Shown here in pieces: positions 15,580-29,012 of a stretch of DNA of 64,000 bases. The position numbers were made by a program, and so were the translations under genes. The notes beneath the pieces are model-generated. The model made no database searches. It was not told the DNA's origin and saw only the letters and a list, made by a program, of their open reading frames with translations. Position 1 is the stretch's first letter. The number at the start of each line of letters is the position of its first letter. Source of the stretch: the human T2T-CHM13v2.0 reference genome, Homo sapiens; assembly GCF_009914755.1 (NCBI RefSeq), contig NC_060928.1; one strand, written 5' to 3'.

Positions 15580-17314
15580 CTAAAATGGAGGGAAAAAAAC
15601 CTTCTGATATATAAAAGAAGCACTTTACAATTAATTTCTACTTCATAAATATTAATCATTATCAGAAAATATTTTTAAAATGCAAGCTAAGAAAGTTTAC
15701 TATTGACTGAGGATATAGTTCTAGTAAAAGGGGATAGTAAGAGAAGATAGCAATTATAGTTGTCAGTTTTAACTTGAAACTCAAAACTAAAATTTGCTGT
15801 ACTTGGAGCACTTTGAGAGAGTGCAAGAAAACTGTTTTTAAAACAGAAATCAGAGATGGGAATTCCTAAAGCTGTAGAGCAAGAATAAAGGCCCTTAGAA
15901 AAATTTTTACCCCTGAAATGAACTAAAAAAAAAAAAAAAAGTTGGCATTCATATTGCAGGGAAAAAGCAAACCTTTCAAGGTTGTTTAGTGTTAATTATT
16001 TTCTTGAATAACATTTTGGTCATTTCCAGAAAAAATTATAAAGACTTATTAGCAACAGCTTGGTTTTATGTTCAGATTAATTTTAAACATTGTTTATTAC
16101 AGAGCAAACATTTGAGTGGAATCTTCCAGGGCTCTCCATGCTACCTATCTGGATTCTCCAGAATCTGAAAATTATCAATTGACTAATATACAATTAATTT
16201 GGGTGAAATTACATCATAAAGATTCCTGTAAACAATTACAGTGCAATCATTTCAAAAAGATGATTTATGATAACAGTGGCTGGCATTTGATTGATCAGCT
16301 AAGATTTTAAGTCATTGATCTACAAATAGCCCTTTTCACATGTCCAGTTGTTCACAGTCACCGTTCACAGAGCCTATCTCTAGCGGGTACCTTATTCAAC
16401 TTCACTCAGCTTTTAAGAAATATACCAAGGAGGCCTTCTTTTAAAAACTGAGTCAAATTTTATTTTTAAATAGGCAATTCACTACTTGATTACTATTTTA
16501 AAAAGATCAGAATTTCTATGTTTAAAGAATAGATGTATAAAAATAACTTTAATGATTTATTTTACAAAAACACTAACAAGTTGAACAAAAAGTAAAATCC
16601 TGTGAAAAGAGAACTTTCCAAATTTTGATAATTTAAAAGCCATTACCATAGGCTCTATGGTCATACAAATCAAACTGCAACCTGCATCCATATCGATCAC
16701 TTCAACAAGGACTTTATCTGAGCCTCCAACAGGTGAGTTAAAGGTCTGCTGGGATCAGCTAGGAGCCAATACATATAAATGCAAAATTTATGTGAAAATG
16801 GCAAAAGGTGATACTCATGACTATGAAGATATCAGAGTTATATCTACTATTTCTAAACATGAATGAACCATTGAAGATAATCTGGTCACAGATTCTTGAG
16901 ACTGTGCAGAAACAGGAGACAGATGAGACAATGGCAATGGCTATAGCTTTAAAGCATGGCACAAAAACCAATTCTTTCACTCTAATGCCATTCCTCTTCT
17001 ACGCATTTTTACTATCTGCACAACTTCCATGGGCCATAATTCATTCAAGAGTCCTATTCTCTCATTCTCAAGGACCATATAGCATGTAACAATGTTTTGT
17101 GTCTTATAGAATATGTAGAATAATGAAAAACATCCAACCCAATCATGCAACCAACATTGAATAAATTTATTTTCTATTATTCAAATTATAAAATATAAAT
17201 TGAAAGTGAAAGAAGACAATATGAGCAGAAAATAAAATACAACAAATGACATTTGGTCTATTCAGGGAAGAAAACATGGTTTTATTAAGTCAATTACAGT
17301 AACTATAAAGTTAC

Positions 17315-17427
17315 CTGTGCTTCTGAAACATTATAGTGTCCTGGACCTGGAACAGCTTTCTCAATGCTAGAGGCAATGGTAAAAGTACTTTCTCTGGCAG
17401 TCAAAGAAAGAAATGGTGCATTACTAC
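17315..17427 (-). CDS. STPG2: STPG2 coding exon 2 (SNAPFLSLTARESTFTIASSIEKAVPGPGHYNVSEAQ), 113 nt
   Basis: Acceptor tttttatag|G and donor CAG|gtaact. Phase 1 continues exon 1 (109+113=222 nt). Encodes a PGPGHY repeat. Confidence 0.95.
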
Positions 17428-18899
17428 CTATAAAAATAAAATCATATGACCAGCAGATAAGATAAGAGTCCAAGGATTTCAGAGAAAAACGCTCAAAATA
17501 TATATAATCATGAGTATCCTCAATTGTTAAGACTTTATTTTCAGAACTAATGTCTAGTCAGAGAAGTTATTACATTTTTTAAAATCTGATATAAGATCAG
17601 AATTTTTATTAATATATTAAATATAAGAACCTAAAGAACTTGACTTATTGAACAACAACAAAAAAAAAACTAAAGAAAATAAAGCACTCTTATCTTCTAA
17701 TCACTTTTGATGGGGATGAAAATGGCAATTATATTTAGCTGATAAAACATTTTCATCCTCAGAAGACCATTGTTTTATATTTTTAAATAGCATATATTAT
17801 TTGCAGAAAACATCATATATAAACTTGTAAAGACACCCTAGATGGAAATAATTTAAAGTGGGTTTACAGCAGATAATTGGTCATGTCTCCTTGCCTAGGC
17901 ACATAGTTTGTATCAGTAAATATTTCTTGATTGGCTGACCCTAAACAAAGGTTTACAAATACAAGACACAAATTTCTTTGGAACAAGTAATCATAAGATT
18001 ATACAAACTTGAACACTCTACTGAAAAACTGATACTAAAAAATTCAAGATCTGTATTGGAAAAATTATTAGTGTTTAAGCAATGTGGATATCAAAGAAGA
18101 GATGGGAGAGAATAGAGCAGCAGCTATATTCAAACAGGTAATAAAAGAATGCAAGTGAAGACTCAAAACTTTCACACTAAATCTTGTATACTAAAGGAAA
18201 ATGTGTGCTACTGTAAGAATGTATGGTGATAATCAATATAGTAAAAAATCTTGCTAATCTGGACTAATAATAAAAGATACTCTATTTAAAATAAAATAAT
18301 GTGTTTCTTTTGAGGCCCACATGTATTAAAATGCAACCAATGTCAAGAATTATCTATTTGTGTTAGGTATTGCAACATAAAAGAGGTGAGCAAAATATAG
18401 ATCTTACCTCTAAAAAAGTAATATCTTGAAGCATTGAGAAAAGTATTGAAATAATTTTAAAAAAGGAAAAACATCTCTAATGCCATAATGGAAGACACAT
18501 GCAAATTCAGAAAGAAGAGAAGTTCTCATCCACATTGAGATGATCAGGAAAAACTTCATGGATGATGTTAAAATTCAAGGTGTTAATTTAGTGACTGATG
18601 GTTTTAGCTGGTTATCCCAAATCAGAGAAGAAGGGAAGAGGAGAGGGAAAGGTAAAAGGAAGGGAAAGGGAGGAAAGAAGGCAGACTGACCTTCAAGTAA
18701 GTTACAAAGACCACAAGACAAGAAATCCTTAAAAGTAAGCCAAGGTTCATTTTGAAAAGGCAACAGTTGTCTGGTAGAGCTGAGAAATTCAGGACACCAA
18801 TGAAACATTCTACTTACTCAGGGTAAATAGCCAGAGAACAAGAACCAGATTTCATTCCAAATACATATATAAATACACACACATACACACTCAAACTAC

Positions 18900-20270
18900 A
18901 TATAAAATGAATCATACAAATTACCAGAGAGTGTACTTTCAAGACTCAGGAAAATATGACCCATAAAGAGGAGAAAAGTCAATGAAAAGAAACAGATTGA
19001 GAAATGAAAAGGTGGAATTAGCAGACAAGAATACTATATATAATCTATTATAAATATCCTTTATATATTCAACAAGGTAGAGAAAAGATGAACATGATGA
19101 GAAGATAAAGGGAAGATATAAAAAAGACCCAAATCAAACTTATAAAACGAAAAATACACTGGATGGAATTAATAACAAATGTTTGTGGATTAATAAAATA
19201 CATTTTTTCTCAATTCTTAATCCCTTTAAAAAATAAGGTGCTCCTTGACTTGTGATGGAGTTACTTCCCAATAAAATCATTGTAATTTGAAAATATAGTA
19301 AATTGAAACTGCATGTAATATACGTAACCTATAATAGCATAGATTAGTTTAGCTTAACATGCTCAGAACACTTACATTAGCCTAACGTTGGGGAAAATTA
19401 CCTAACAAAGACTATTTTATAATAAAATGTTGAATATATTATGTAATTTATTGAATACTGTACTGAAAGTGAAAAATAGAATGGTTGTGTGGGTACTGGA
19501 AGTTTGGTTTCTACTGAATGCATATTACTTTCACACCATTGTGCAAAATTTAAAAAAAATGTAAGTTGAATCATCATAAGTAAAGGACTGTCTGCAATTG
19601 CTTAAAGCAAAAAATAGTCTCAATTTATTGAGGCATTATAGCAGATGTAGAAGTAAAATGTACAACCACAATAGGACAAAGGGTGAGCTGGGAGAAATGG
19701 AAGCATACTTTGTGAGGCTTATTTACTATATATGAAGTGGTACAATATTATTTGAAGGTAGACTGCAATAAATTAGAAATACATATTGTAAACCCTAGGC
19801 AACCACTTAAAAATAAAACAAGAGAGGTATAGCAAATAAGCCAATAGTGGACATAAAAAAAGAATTATTTTTTAAAAACCTTTATTCCTGCAACAAAAGT
19901 AGGGAAAAAGGAAAAAGAACAGATGAGATAAATGGAAAGCAAATAGCAAAAGAGCATATTAAAACCCGAAGATACTGATAGTGAAATTAACTATAAAAGT
20001 TCTAAACACCTCAGTTAAAAGGCGGAGATTGTCAGATCGAATAAAAAAGTAAGACCAAACTTTATGCTGTCTATAAGAAACTCTCTTAAGACATAAAAAC
20101 AGAAATTAAAAGGATGGAAAAAGTTATAACATGCATCCATGAATCCAAAAAGCTGGAGTGCCTATATTAAAATCAGACAAAGCTGGCTTTAGAACAAGGA
20201 ATAACAGGGATAAAAGATATACTTCATAATGATAAAGGGGTCATTTCATCAACAGTATTTAACAATTCAT
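18900..20270 (+). mobile_element. Old L1M fragment (ORF1 end to ORF2 start)
   Basis: Degenerate L1 endonuclease-region sequence (aaagctggagtgcctatattaaaatcagacaaag, cataatgataaaggggtcatttcatcaa). Confidence 0.7.
19236..19594 (+). mobile_element. TcMar-Tigger MITE (MER47A-like)
   Basis: gtgctccttgacttgtgatgg ... catcataagtaaaggactgtctg termini; internal sequence matches the recalled MER47A consensus. Confidence 0.8.
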
Positions 20271-23200
20271 AAAGAAAAGCAAGGAAGTTATTACCATAAT
20301 AATCAGGATAGTGTTTAACTGTAGGGCAGAAAGAAAACATTGAAATAAAAAAGGCCAAAAAGAAAATTTTGGCAATGTTCTATTTCTGTTTTCTTTTGCT
20401 TTTTGTTTTTGTTTTCCTCTTCCCACTGATGGCAGATCTATTTTTTAACTGAATATCTTCTTTTTAAGGTCTACATTTATATTTTATGTGATTTTCTATG
20501 TAAGTATTCTATCTCACAATAAAAGGGTTTTAAGTTTAGGTTCATATGAACACTAAGGTAATCTGAGATAAATATGAAAAGTAAGAAAGTGAAACCCAGG
20601 CTACTTCTGAGGTAGTTGGCATCAGAACACAGCAGGGCCCCTAAATGAATCTACCTTAAACAAATGTAAAATTAGTTGCAGAGTACTGAAATTCATATAA
20701 AAGTTAAAAAAAATACACTAGCCATGTACTCAACATATTATTAATATTATTAATGGTAGAGTATACATATATATGAAATAATTGGGCAATAAAGAGAATC
20801 AAGAAAGCTGGTACTCATAATATCTTCATTGAAGTTTTCCAAAATTAATTATATAGAATCTTTTGTCAATAAAAGTATACGAGAAATATTGAGCACAAGT
20901 AAAACTACAAAAAATTTAAATGTTTATAATGATACACTCCATGAGAGAAGGAACTTACCTGTTTATTTATTCATAGCTGTGTGCCTAATGTTTACAGTGA
21001 GGGTGACCAATTAACAAATGATATTCTAAACTAGTCATCCATTCTGTAATAGTGAATGTTTTATTATGTATGGGAGACATGCATATATGATAGGCAGTGA
21101 GAGTACAATAATGAATAAGATAAAACTCTGCCCTCAAGTAGTGGGTAAGCCTGACAAATAGACAATTATGCTACAAAAACCACTGCCAATAATTAAAGTA
21201 TAAAATATAGAAGAGTGTTCTGGGGAATTAGAGATGGTAGAGTTTGATATGGGACATATGGATATATTGACAAGTGAAGTGCTAACTACAAATTATAAAT
21301 CAAACTGACAGAAAGAAGAAATTAAGTGTATAGAAGAGGAGATTTGAGAAGAAAGAAATGAGTTCAGTTCGGGATATATTGAGTTTGAGGCACCAACAGA
21401 GGAAGATAAATCAAACTGGTATGAAGCAATAAAAGTCAGTCTACGCTGAGAAAGAAGGTGGGCAGTATGTGATTAAAGGACCAATTCTATAGTCACAACT
21501 ACAGCCACAAAACAAAGAAAATGGCATTTTTCACATATAAGCAGTAATTAGATCTTTGAAATATGTACTCATCTTCAGGACAACAACATATACAGCAATC
21601 ACATACATATTATTATCTAAACTTTAAAAAAGACAGATTGCATTCCCTGATGCAGCTATATTCTGATAGGCAAATAAGAAAAAATTATCATTGTTGGCAT
21701 AAGCACATAGGCACAGGTATGAGACCATAGCCAGCTTATCCTTCTGTGGCAGATAAAGCTAACCACTCCCCCACCAAAAAAGAAATCTGGGAAAGAATAT
21801 TTTTAGGAGATGATGTCACCCAGCTTAGCTAACTAATAGAGAACCAATAGATATAACTGATATACAGCTGATATTTATTACATAAATAAGCCAAAAAGCA
21901 ATGAAATACTCCTTGGCACGATAATGCCAGGAGTAGTCACATTAGTAAAAGGAGTATGTTTTTATCACATTATACTAGGCTGGTTGTCTCTGGGGAATAT
22001 TTACTTTAATAAGAGATGTTTGCTTCTCAGGTAATCTTAAGAAATTCAGGCATAGCTCTCACTAATCTCGAATTTGAGTATCCACTCTCTCCTACCTCAT
22101 GAAAGCAGAAAGAAAAGCAGCTTAGTCCTGTCCCTTCAGGTTGAAATTCCTGGGTAGAAGAGATTCTCCCTGATCAAATGGCCTACAGCCACGGAAATCG
22201 AGTTTCAATTAAGGTAAAAAGAATTTCCTGGGGAAAATGTAGAGACAATACCCTGAAGGACTGGCCTGGCCAAGCAGGCTACAGTGAGGGGACAGTGGGA
22301 GAACAGCAGTTAGGAGAGAACGGTTGGAAATAAAGAGTATCTGTATCTAAGGCTCTAAGGTATTTTCCTCTTGTGAAATTCAAAATAACAAGTAAGTTAT
22401 ATAAAGTCCCTACATCTGTTCTTCTCACATCATACTCCATAAAATGAACCTGACCCTTAGCTGAAATAATTGTACACTTCTGCATAGTCCAACGTGTTAC
22501 TGGTCCTAAAGGTAGGTGAGGTAGTTTGTACCTAGGAAAGAGATGGTAGCTACTTTTAAATTATCTTTCAGAGAATCCAGCAGAGAAATCACTAAAGAGA
22601 TACCTGTTCCTTCTATTGATTATCAGCATATTCTCTCTTAGTATTGCTAAAACAAAATGTATAGGATGCAGCTGCTCAAATTTCCCCAGCATGGAATTTC
22701 CTACTTTATCTCATAGATCAACAAGACACTATCCTATAAAACAGTAAAAGGGTTTTACCACACGCTCCTTACTTCTCTCTAAGCAAAGTTACAAGTTACA
22801 AGAGTTTTAAATTATGCTATATGTGGCTCATTATATTTTAATTTTATTTCAAGATTACTGTTTGTTTTTGAACTTATGTGTTATGGTATTCACCTAAAAA
22901 CTAGGAATAATGGAGTAAAGATCGTGGTTATTGCCCTCAAGCAGCTCACATTTTAGTGGGTCTGCCAGATAAGTTAACATTAATTACAATATAGAATCAA
23001 AGTGCTATAAAGGTCATTAAGGAGTCAGAGAAGAAAAACCTGAGAAAGAGTAGTCAGTGAACAACTTCACTTTAGCTGAATCTCAAAGAATAAATACAAA
23101 TTAGCCAAGTGAAGAAAGAAAACAGTGTACTGGACAAATGTATCAGCAGATACAGAGGCACAGAGGTGAGTGAGCATGAACTTAGGAAAACTGTAAAGTT

Positions 23201-24014
23201 GAAATTGCTGAAATGTAGGTCAGGTGGAGGTGGAGGTGTGGGAGATGAGGTCAGGGCCCAGAACATGAAGAACATTATAAACAACATTAAGGAGTTTAGA
23301 CGTTAACCTTGATATTACAAAGGATTTTTTTTTCACAAATAATGTAATATATCTTAGAAAGATCACTCTTGCCACAAGATAGAAGATGGATTGAAGACTG
23401 AAATAAGGAAAAACAAGTAATATTTTATATGTTTAATTCAAAATAGAAATAATGAGAGCTTGAACTAAGTCAAGGACAGCTAAATGGAAAAGAGGAACTA
23501 ATCAAACAGGCACTGAGAAGATAGAATCATTAGGTGTTAATGATCAACAGGAGTAGTCAGGGAGAAAAGAGTCTAGAATAATTCCAAAACTTAAAGTTTA
23601 TTATAGACTAATAGGGAATTTTTAAAAAGGGACCAGTATTGCTGGAAAAAAATTTTAAAAGGGACCAGTATTGCTGGAAAAAATTATGAGCTCAGACACT
23701 TAAAACTTCAGATACCGGAGACCATCTAGGTAGAGATGTTCAAAAAAGTAACTGGTTATGACTCAAGGACATCAACAGCAACAAAAAAAGAATTAAAAAG
23801 AAGAGAAAAACAAACAAAAGTGATTGGCAGTGTTGAAAGCCGAAAGATTAGGAGAAAGCTCACCTTAGAGACATAAATCACCTGTATCTCTTAAGATTTC
23901 CTTCTGGGAGTCATCAGAATCAGAATATGGATAGCAAATGAGAAAGTACACACGAGAAAAGTAACAAGCAAAGGATTGGAAGTACAGTACATAAACATTT
24001 AAAGATGTGTCAAA

Positions 24015-24777
24015 TGAGGACTAAGCTCTGATTTTTTTTTATTTTGCCCAAATTCCTATCTAAGGGGTCTAGGGAGTCACGCCCTACAAACTATACATTC
24101 TTATCAGATGGATTTTATTTAATCCTATATATAGTGGCTTACTTTCCAATCTGACTCTGGCATAACATTATGAGACAAGGAAAAAAAATCAAAATGTTTT
24201 ACCTAAAAATATATTTCCTTGCCATACCTTGAAATTGCCCTGCAAAGTCTCTTGTGGGAAAAATCAACACTCTATAGAGAATACCCTTTCCCCTTCGTTT
24301 TCCTTCCTTTCCAGATGCAGGAGATAATCAACTAAGAGCCAGGCACTCTTTTAGGTCTGATAAGAAGCATTTTACAACCTGCTCCCTCTCTCTGAAGTCT
24401 GCTATCTGAGAGTTTCCTCTGCACAACAAAACTTGGTCTCCACAATCCTGTATCTTAACCTGAACATTTCTTTTGATGCCAGTCTTCAGATAGACTCAAC
24501 CAATTGTCAACCAGAAAATGTTTAAATTTACCTATAGCCTGGAAGCCCCCACTTTGAGTTGTCCCGCCTTTCTGAACAAAGCCAATGTATTTATTAAGTG
24601 TACTTGATTAATAACTCATGCCTCCCTGAAATACATAAAGCCAAGCTGTACCCCAACCACCTTGGGCACATGTTCTCAGGACCTCCTGAGGGCTGTGTCA
24701 CAGGCCATGGTCACTCATATTTGGCTCGGAATAAATCTCTTAAAATATTTTACAGAGTTTGACTCTTTTCATCAACA
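24015..24777 (+). mobile_element. Solo ERV1 LTR (MER4 family), antisense to STPG2 in intron 1
   Basis: TG...CA ends (tgaggactaagctctg ... gactcttttcatcaaca), AATAAA near the 3' end, MER4-type U5. Confidence 0.85.
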
Positions 24778-26017
24778 AGAAACATAAAAACATTTAAAGA
24801 AGGCCATGAAGGACTGCTTGGAGAGGGGGAGAAGATGATGCCCTGATTCGGCATTTAACAAATGTTTATTAGGTCCCAATCATGTTCCCAGACACTCTTC
24901 CAAGACAGTAGTTGGGAAAAAAAAAAAAAAAAAAAAAAAACAGGAGAAAATGATGTTACATTTTGGAAAGAAGTGTTTCCAAGAATAAAGTGGTCAGTTA
25001 TGTCAAAATTAAGGATTGCAAAGTGTCATAGGGGGTCATTGTTAGCCATTGTTAGGGGAATTAATGCTTATAATGCCCAACTCCATTAAAATAAAGATAG
25101 AATAAGCTGCAAGAATAGTGATACCAGATACTGTGAAGCAGTACAATTCAACATGTGAAACACTGACAGAAGTCAAATTTGTACTCCACCCCAAGAAACC
25201 TAAACCTTTCCTTATCTGATCAGTTATGTAACAGAATAATGGATCCTGGCATTTGCTTGAAAATACATAGTGTAGGTATGGGGAAAATGTAGGTTAAGAA
25301 AAACTATCATTTGGACGGTATTAAGCTCCAGAAAATCACCAGAATAGAAAAAGTAGAAAGCAAAATTGATGTATTTATTTTTGACTAAGTCACTAACTGC
25401 AAACAAACGAGGAGAGCAAATATTATTTAAATTATCCATCCCCACTCCACTGGTCAAAAATATAATTTTTCTTTACAGAATGTGGAGAAAAGGGGCTCCC
25501 CTGAAGTGTGTTAAAAGAGATGAGGACGGTCAGAAAAATCTGTCTGAAAAAAAAACGGAACTATCTTTAAATAATACTGCAAAATAGAAATATAAGCTAC
25601 ATCTTAATAAATAAATGTCTCTGGTTAATGGGAGGAAAGATGTGAGGCAGGCAGGATTACAAAGCAACGAGACAGCGGGAGGTAAGGGCACAGGATTTGG
25701 AGACTCATATTATGTCAACACAGCCAGGAAATCAAAATCCTAGACCTAAACTGCACAATCAAAAGTAGGATGTAGACAACTATTGCGGAATCAAAAGTCC
25801 TAGCCATATGCTCACCAGCCTTTTGAAATGGGACAAGTGATACTATCAGTCTCATCTGTAAAATAAAAGTATAGTGTTTTCCCTGCCTACTTCATGTTTT
25901 GTTATGTTTACAAAATGGTACTATTCCGCTCTATGTTTAACTCACAAGCACGCAGAAGCGGAGCAGGCTGAAGATAGGATGCCTGTCACAGGAGCTCTGC
26001 CTCTTCCTACATCTTAC

Positions 26018-26126
26018 CTGTCGCCTGCTGCTTCAGGAAAGGTACCTGGTAGGATCCAGGACCCACATGGGCCTCAGTGCTGCCACCTTCAGCCAATTTG
26101 AGCAGGCGGGGAGCCCGATCATACAT
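26018..26126 (-). CDS. STPG2: STPG2 coding exon 1 (MYDRAPRLLKLAEGGSTEAHVGPGSYQVPFLKQQAT-G), 109 nt
   Basis: ATG at 26126-26124 on the minus strand. Open frame with a GPGSY PG-rich repeat, donor CAG|gtaaga at 26018/26017, inside a CpG-rich region. Matches the recalled N-terminus of human STPG2. Confidence 0.95.
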
Positions 26127-26660
26127 AGTGCTCGGGGTGGTGGGGGCGCTGGGGAAGGGCAGGTGCCGAAAACGATAAAAACAAGGTAGCTAGAAGTGTG
26201 GAGGAAAAGGAAGCCGACACCAGTCTGAGGAGGCCGGGAAAGAACTTCCGTAAACAGGGAAATTAGGGGTGGGGTTGTCTCCCCGCCCGCTCATTGATAC
26301 CAGATTTCCTCAAATCGATTTCTAGCTCTGTGGTAAAGTAGAGGGGTGAGCGACTAGAGATTAGACGTCCCACACAATCATCAGTTTGCCAGGTGCACGC
26401 CACCAAAATTGGGTATTAGGGATTAGACGCTCGCCCCGGTGCTTCCGGCCCTGACTCCGCCCACTTCTCTCCGCCCGGAAGCCTGGGGAGGAGGCGGGCC
26501 CAGTCTCTGGGGAGGAGGCGGGCCCAGTCTCTAGGGAGCGAAGTGGAGGTGCCTTCCTGGGCCGAGCCCTCGGAGCATGCGCACCGAGCAGCTACCCTTT
26601 CCCGGCTCTTTTTACCCGGAACCCGGCGCGCCTTGAAGAAGGCAGGCCTAAACCTCGTAG
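26090..26660. promoter_or_regulatory. CpG/GC-rich STPG2 promoter and 5'UTR region
   Basis: Locally high CpG density in an AT-rich background. GC boxes (ccgccc, ggcggg), ETS-like ccggaa/cttccgg sites (~26443, ~26475, ~26616) and an NRF1-like gcatgcgca (~26575). Confidence 0.85.
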
Positions 26661-28544
26661 CTCTTGGGGTCCCAGTAACTACTTAGGTCCCGAACTTTTT
26701 TAAGTGTGCAGAAGAACCTTAGAAAACGCGTTAGGAAGGGTGAGGACTAACTTGACCTTGATCTGCTTCCCGACTCAACAGAACCTAGTAAAGAAAAATG
26801 CAGTAGCATGAAGCAGAGAGCTTGGGGTTCCGCAAGCTCTCCCCCGCTTCTACTGCAGCCCCACTCGTACTCACAGAGAAAAGGCACCTCTGATCTTAAC
26901 CTGTAGATAGTCCAAACTGCTAAGACAAACCCAGGGCTCAGGGCAGTGACAAGAAATGGAGAACCCAGAAAAAAAAATCACAAAGAAGATAAGGGTAAAA
27001 AAGAAAAAAAAAGAAATGAGGACACCAGGCAAGGAGGCGAAAAGCTCACCAACTGAAGCCGTGGAAGTGACTGAAAGCTGCCTCTTTTGTCGTATGCCAG
27101 GTAACCACAATACTGATTCATCAATATTTATAAAGCAAAGCGAAGGCACTGAAAAAGCCCAGTCCACCCCACCAAACCAATGATTCTGAACCTTGGGCAA
27201 AAGAAACCTTGCTTGTCCTTGGGGCTTAAGGAATCTATGTCAGAATCCACCTCTGCATCTCGCAGGCTGTTTTTTCTAGCAAGAATTCTGTCCAGATTCT
27301 AAATATCCTCAGAGGCTTAGACAAATCCTACCTTGATCATACCTCACCTCCAAATGGTCTACAGTACGTTAATTTGTTCCTACTACAAGTTTTTATAGTT
27401 TTCATACTCTGTAATACACGATTTGCCACTCAATCCTGTGCAACATTTACTGTGGCTTCATTGTGCCATATATGTCGGAACCCTCTCCTTGCGAGGCTAT
27501 ATGCTTCTCAAGGATGTATCTGTAATACCTTTTTTTCTGTTCAATAGCTAGCTAAATTATTTATGCACTTAAAAAACACGAATTGGCATATACTGTAGGT
27601 TCCATCCCTGCTAAGTTATGAGGATACAAAGGCATAAGAAAGTCCCTGCCCTCAGGTGTTCTCTCTCTAATGGGGAAAGAGACGTATAATCCAAAACGAG
27701 AGGTGGCAAAGATTTTTTTTAATGGTAGGAAAATGAATATTGCAATATTTTGGAAACATCTCACCAACTTCGATTCTCCCTGCATTCTGTCAGAAACCCT
27801 CATAATTCTCTCAATGTTGTTTTAACCTTATTTTCCAAGCTGCCACCTATACCCATTCAGAAGATCTAGATATTTACTATGACATATTAGAAAGAGTCAC
27901 AGAGATGAAAGAGAAAAATTCATGTGCTGTGTATGATAATCCAGTGGTGCTTGTAAATTTGCCCGCTATGTCCTTAAGGACATCATTTGACCTTGATGAT
28001 CCAAACAAGGATATCAACCCAAACTGCATACTCAGGTCTAGGCCATGGTTGCCGTAAGCATTGATGCAGAATTTCAAGCGCTGTCTGGCCATTCTGTCTG
28101 CAGTAGTCTACATTACTCTTTGCTTGAATATACATATTTTTGGAGATTGGAAATGGAAATGGTAAAGCTGGCTTTATATGCTTTCTGTCTGATTTGATTT
28201 TCAGCCATTGAATGTAACCTAATTTAGACAAAGGGAGTTCTTCATAGCACCCTTCCTAGCTCATTTGCAGACCTCTATGGGAGAGTTTCTGAGTACCAGC
28301 TAGGAAAACACTGTTTATTTACCTTGCCTGCCTCCTGAGTGAATGCTTTTTCCTCAAGGACTTCACAGAGATGGGTAGCTGATCAATGGCAGGACCCCAG
28401 TGTTTGTGGGTCTTCTGGCCAGATCCTACCTAAATATTACACACTGAAGTGCAACCTATATACTCTTCATAATTTGGTAATTGGTCTCTCAAAATTTTGC
28501 ATTCTTAACAAAAAAAAAAATCTTTCTTTTAAAAGTTTCTATGA

Positions 28545-28790
28545 GGCCAGGTGCAGTGGTTCACACCTGTAATCCTTAATCCTAGCACTTTGGGGGGCCC
28601 AGGCAGGAGGATTGCTTGAGGCCAGAAGTTCAAGACCAGCCTGGGCAACATAGGGAGATTCCACCTGCACACACACAAAAATTTTTTTTTAATTAAAAAT
28701 TAGCCAAGTAGGAATTTGAGATTACAGCAAGCTATGATGGTACCACCGCACTCCAGCCTGGAAGACAAAGCAAGACCCTGTCTTAAAAGA
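28545..28790 (+). mobile_element. AluJ with an internal deletion of the right arm
   Basis: Left monomer followed by a partial right monomer (aggaatttgagattacag...). Confidence 0.85.
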
Positions 28791-28799
28791 AAATTGTTT

Positions 28800-29012
28800 A
28801 TGAGAACACTTGGACACAGGAGGGGGAACATCACACACCGGGGCCTGTCGTGGGGTGGGGGAAGGGGGGAGGGATAGCATTAGGAGATATACCTAAAGTA
28901 AATGACGAGTTAATGGGTGCAGCACACCAATATGGCACATGTATACATATGTAACAAACCTGCACGTTGTGCACATGTACCCTAGAACTTAAAGTATAAT
29001 TTAAAAAAAAAA
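28800..29012 (+). mobile_element. 5'-truncated young L1PA 3'UTR (~210 bp)
   Basis: Near-consensus L1PA 3' end with an A-tail and a perfect 15-bp TSD AAAAGAAAATTGTTT (28785 and 29009). Confidence 0.95.

Noticed and set aside
16647-16758. Possible minus-strand exon (ctcctag|CTG...ATG|gtaatg) in intron 2
   Set aside because: 112 nt, frameshifting, early stop in the STPG2 frame, no PG-rich motif. Only chance-level splice signals.
27877-28231. Two overlapping minus-strand ORFs in non-repetitive, coding-looking sequence upstream of STPG2
   Set aside because: No recognisable protein similarity, no convincing splice sites, poly(A) tail or TSD. Cannot be supported as a gene or pseudogene without a search.
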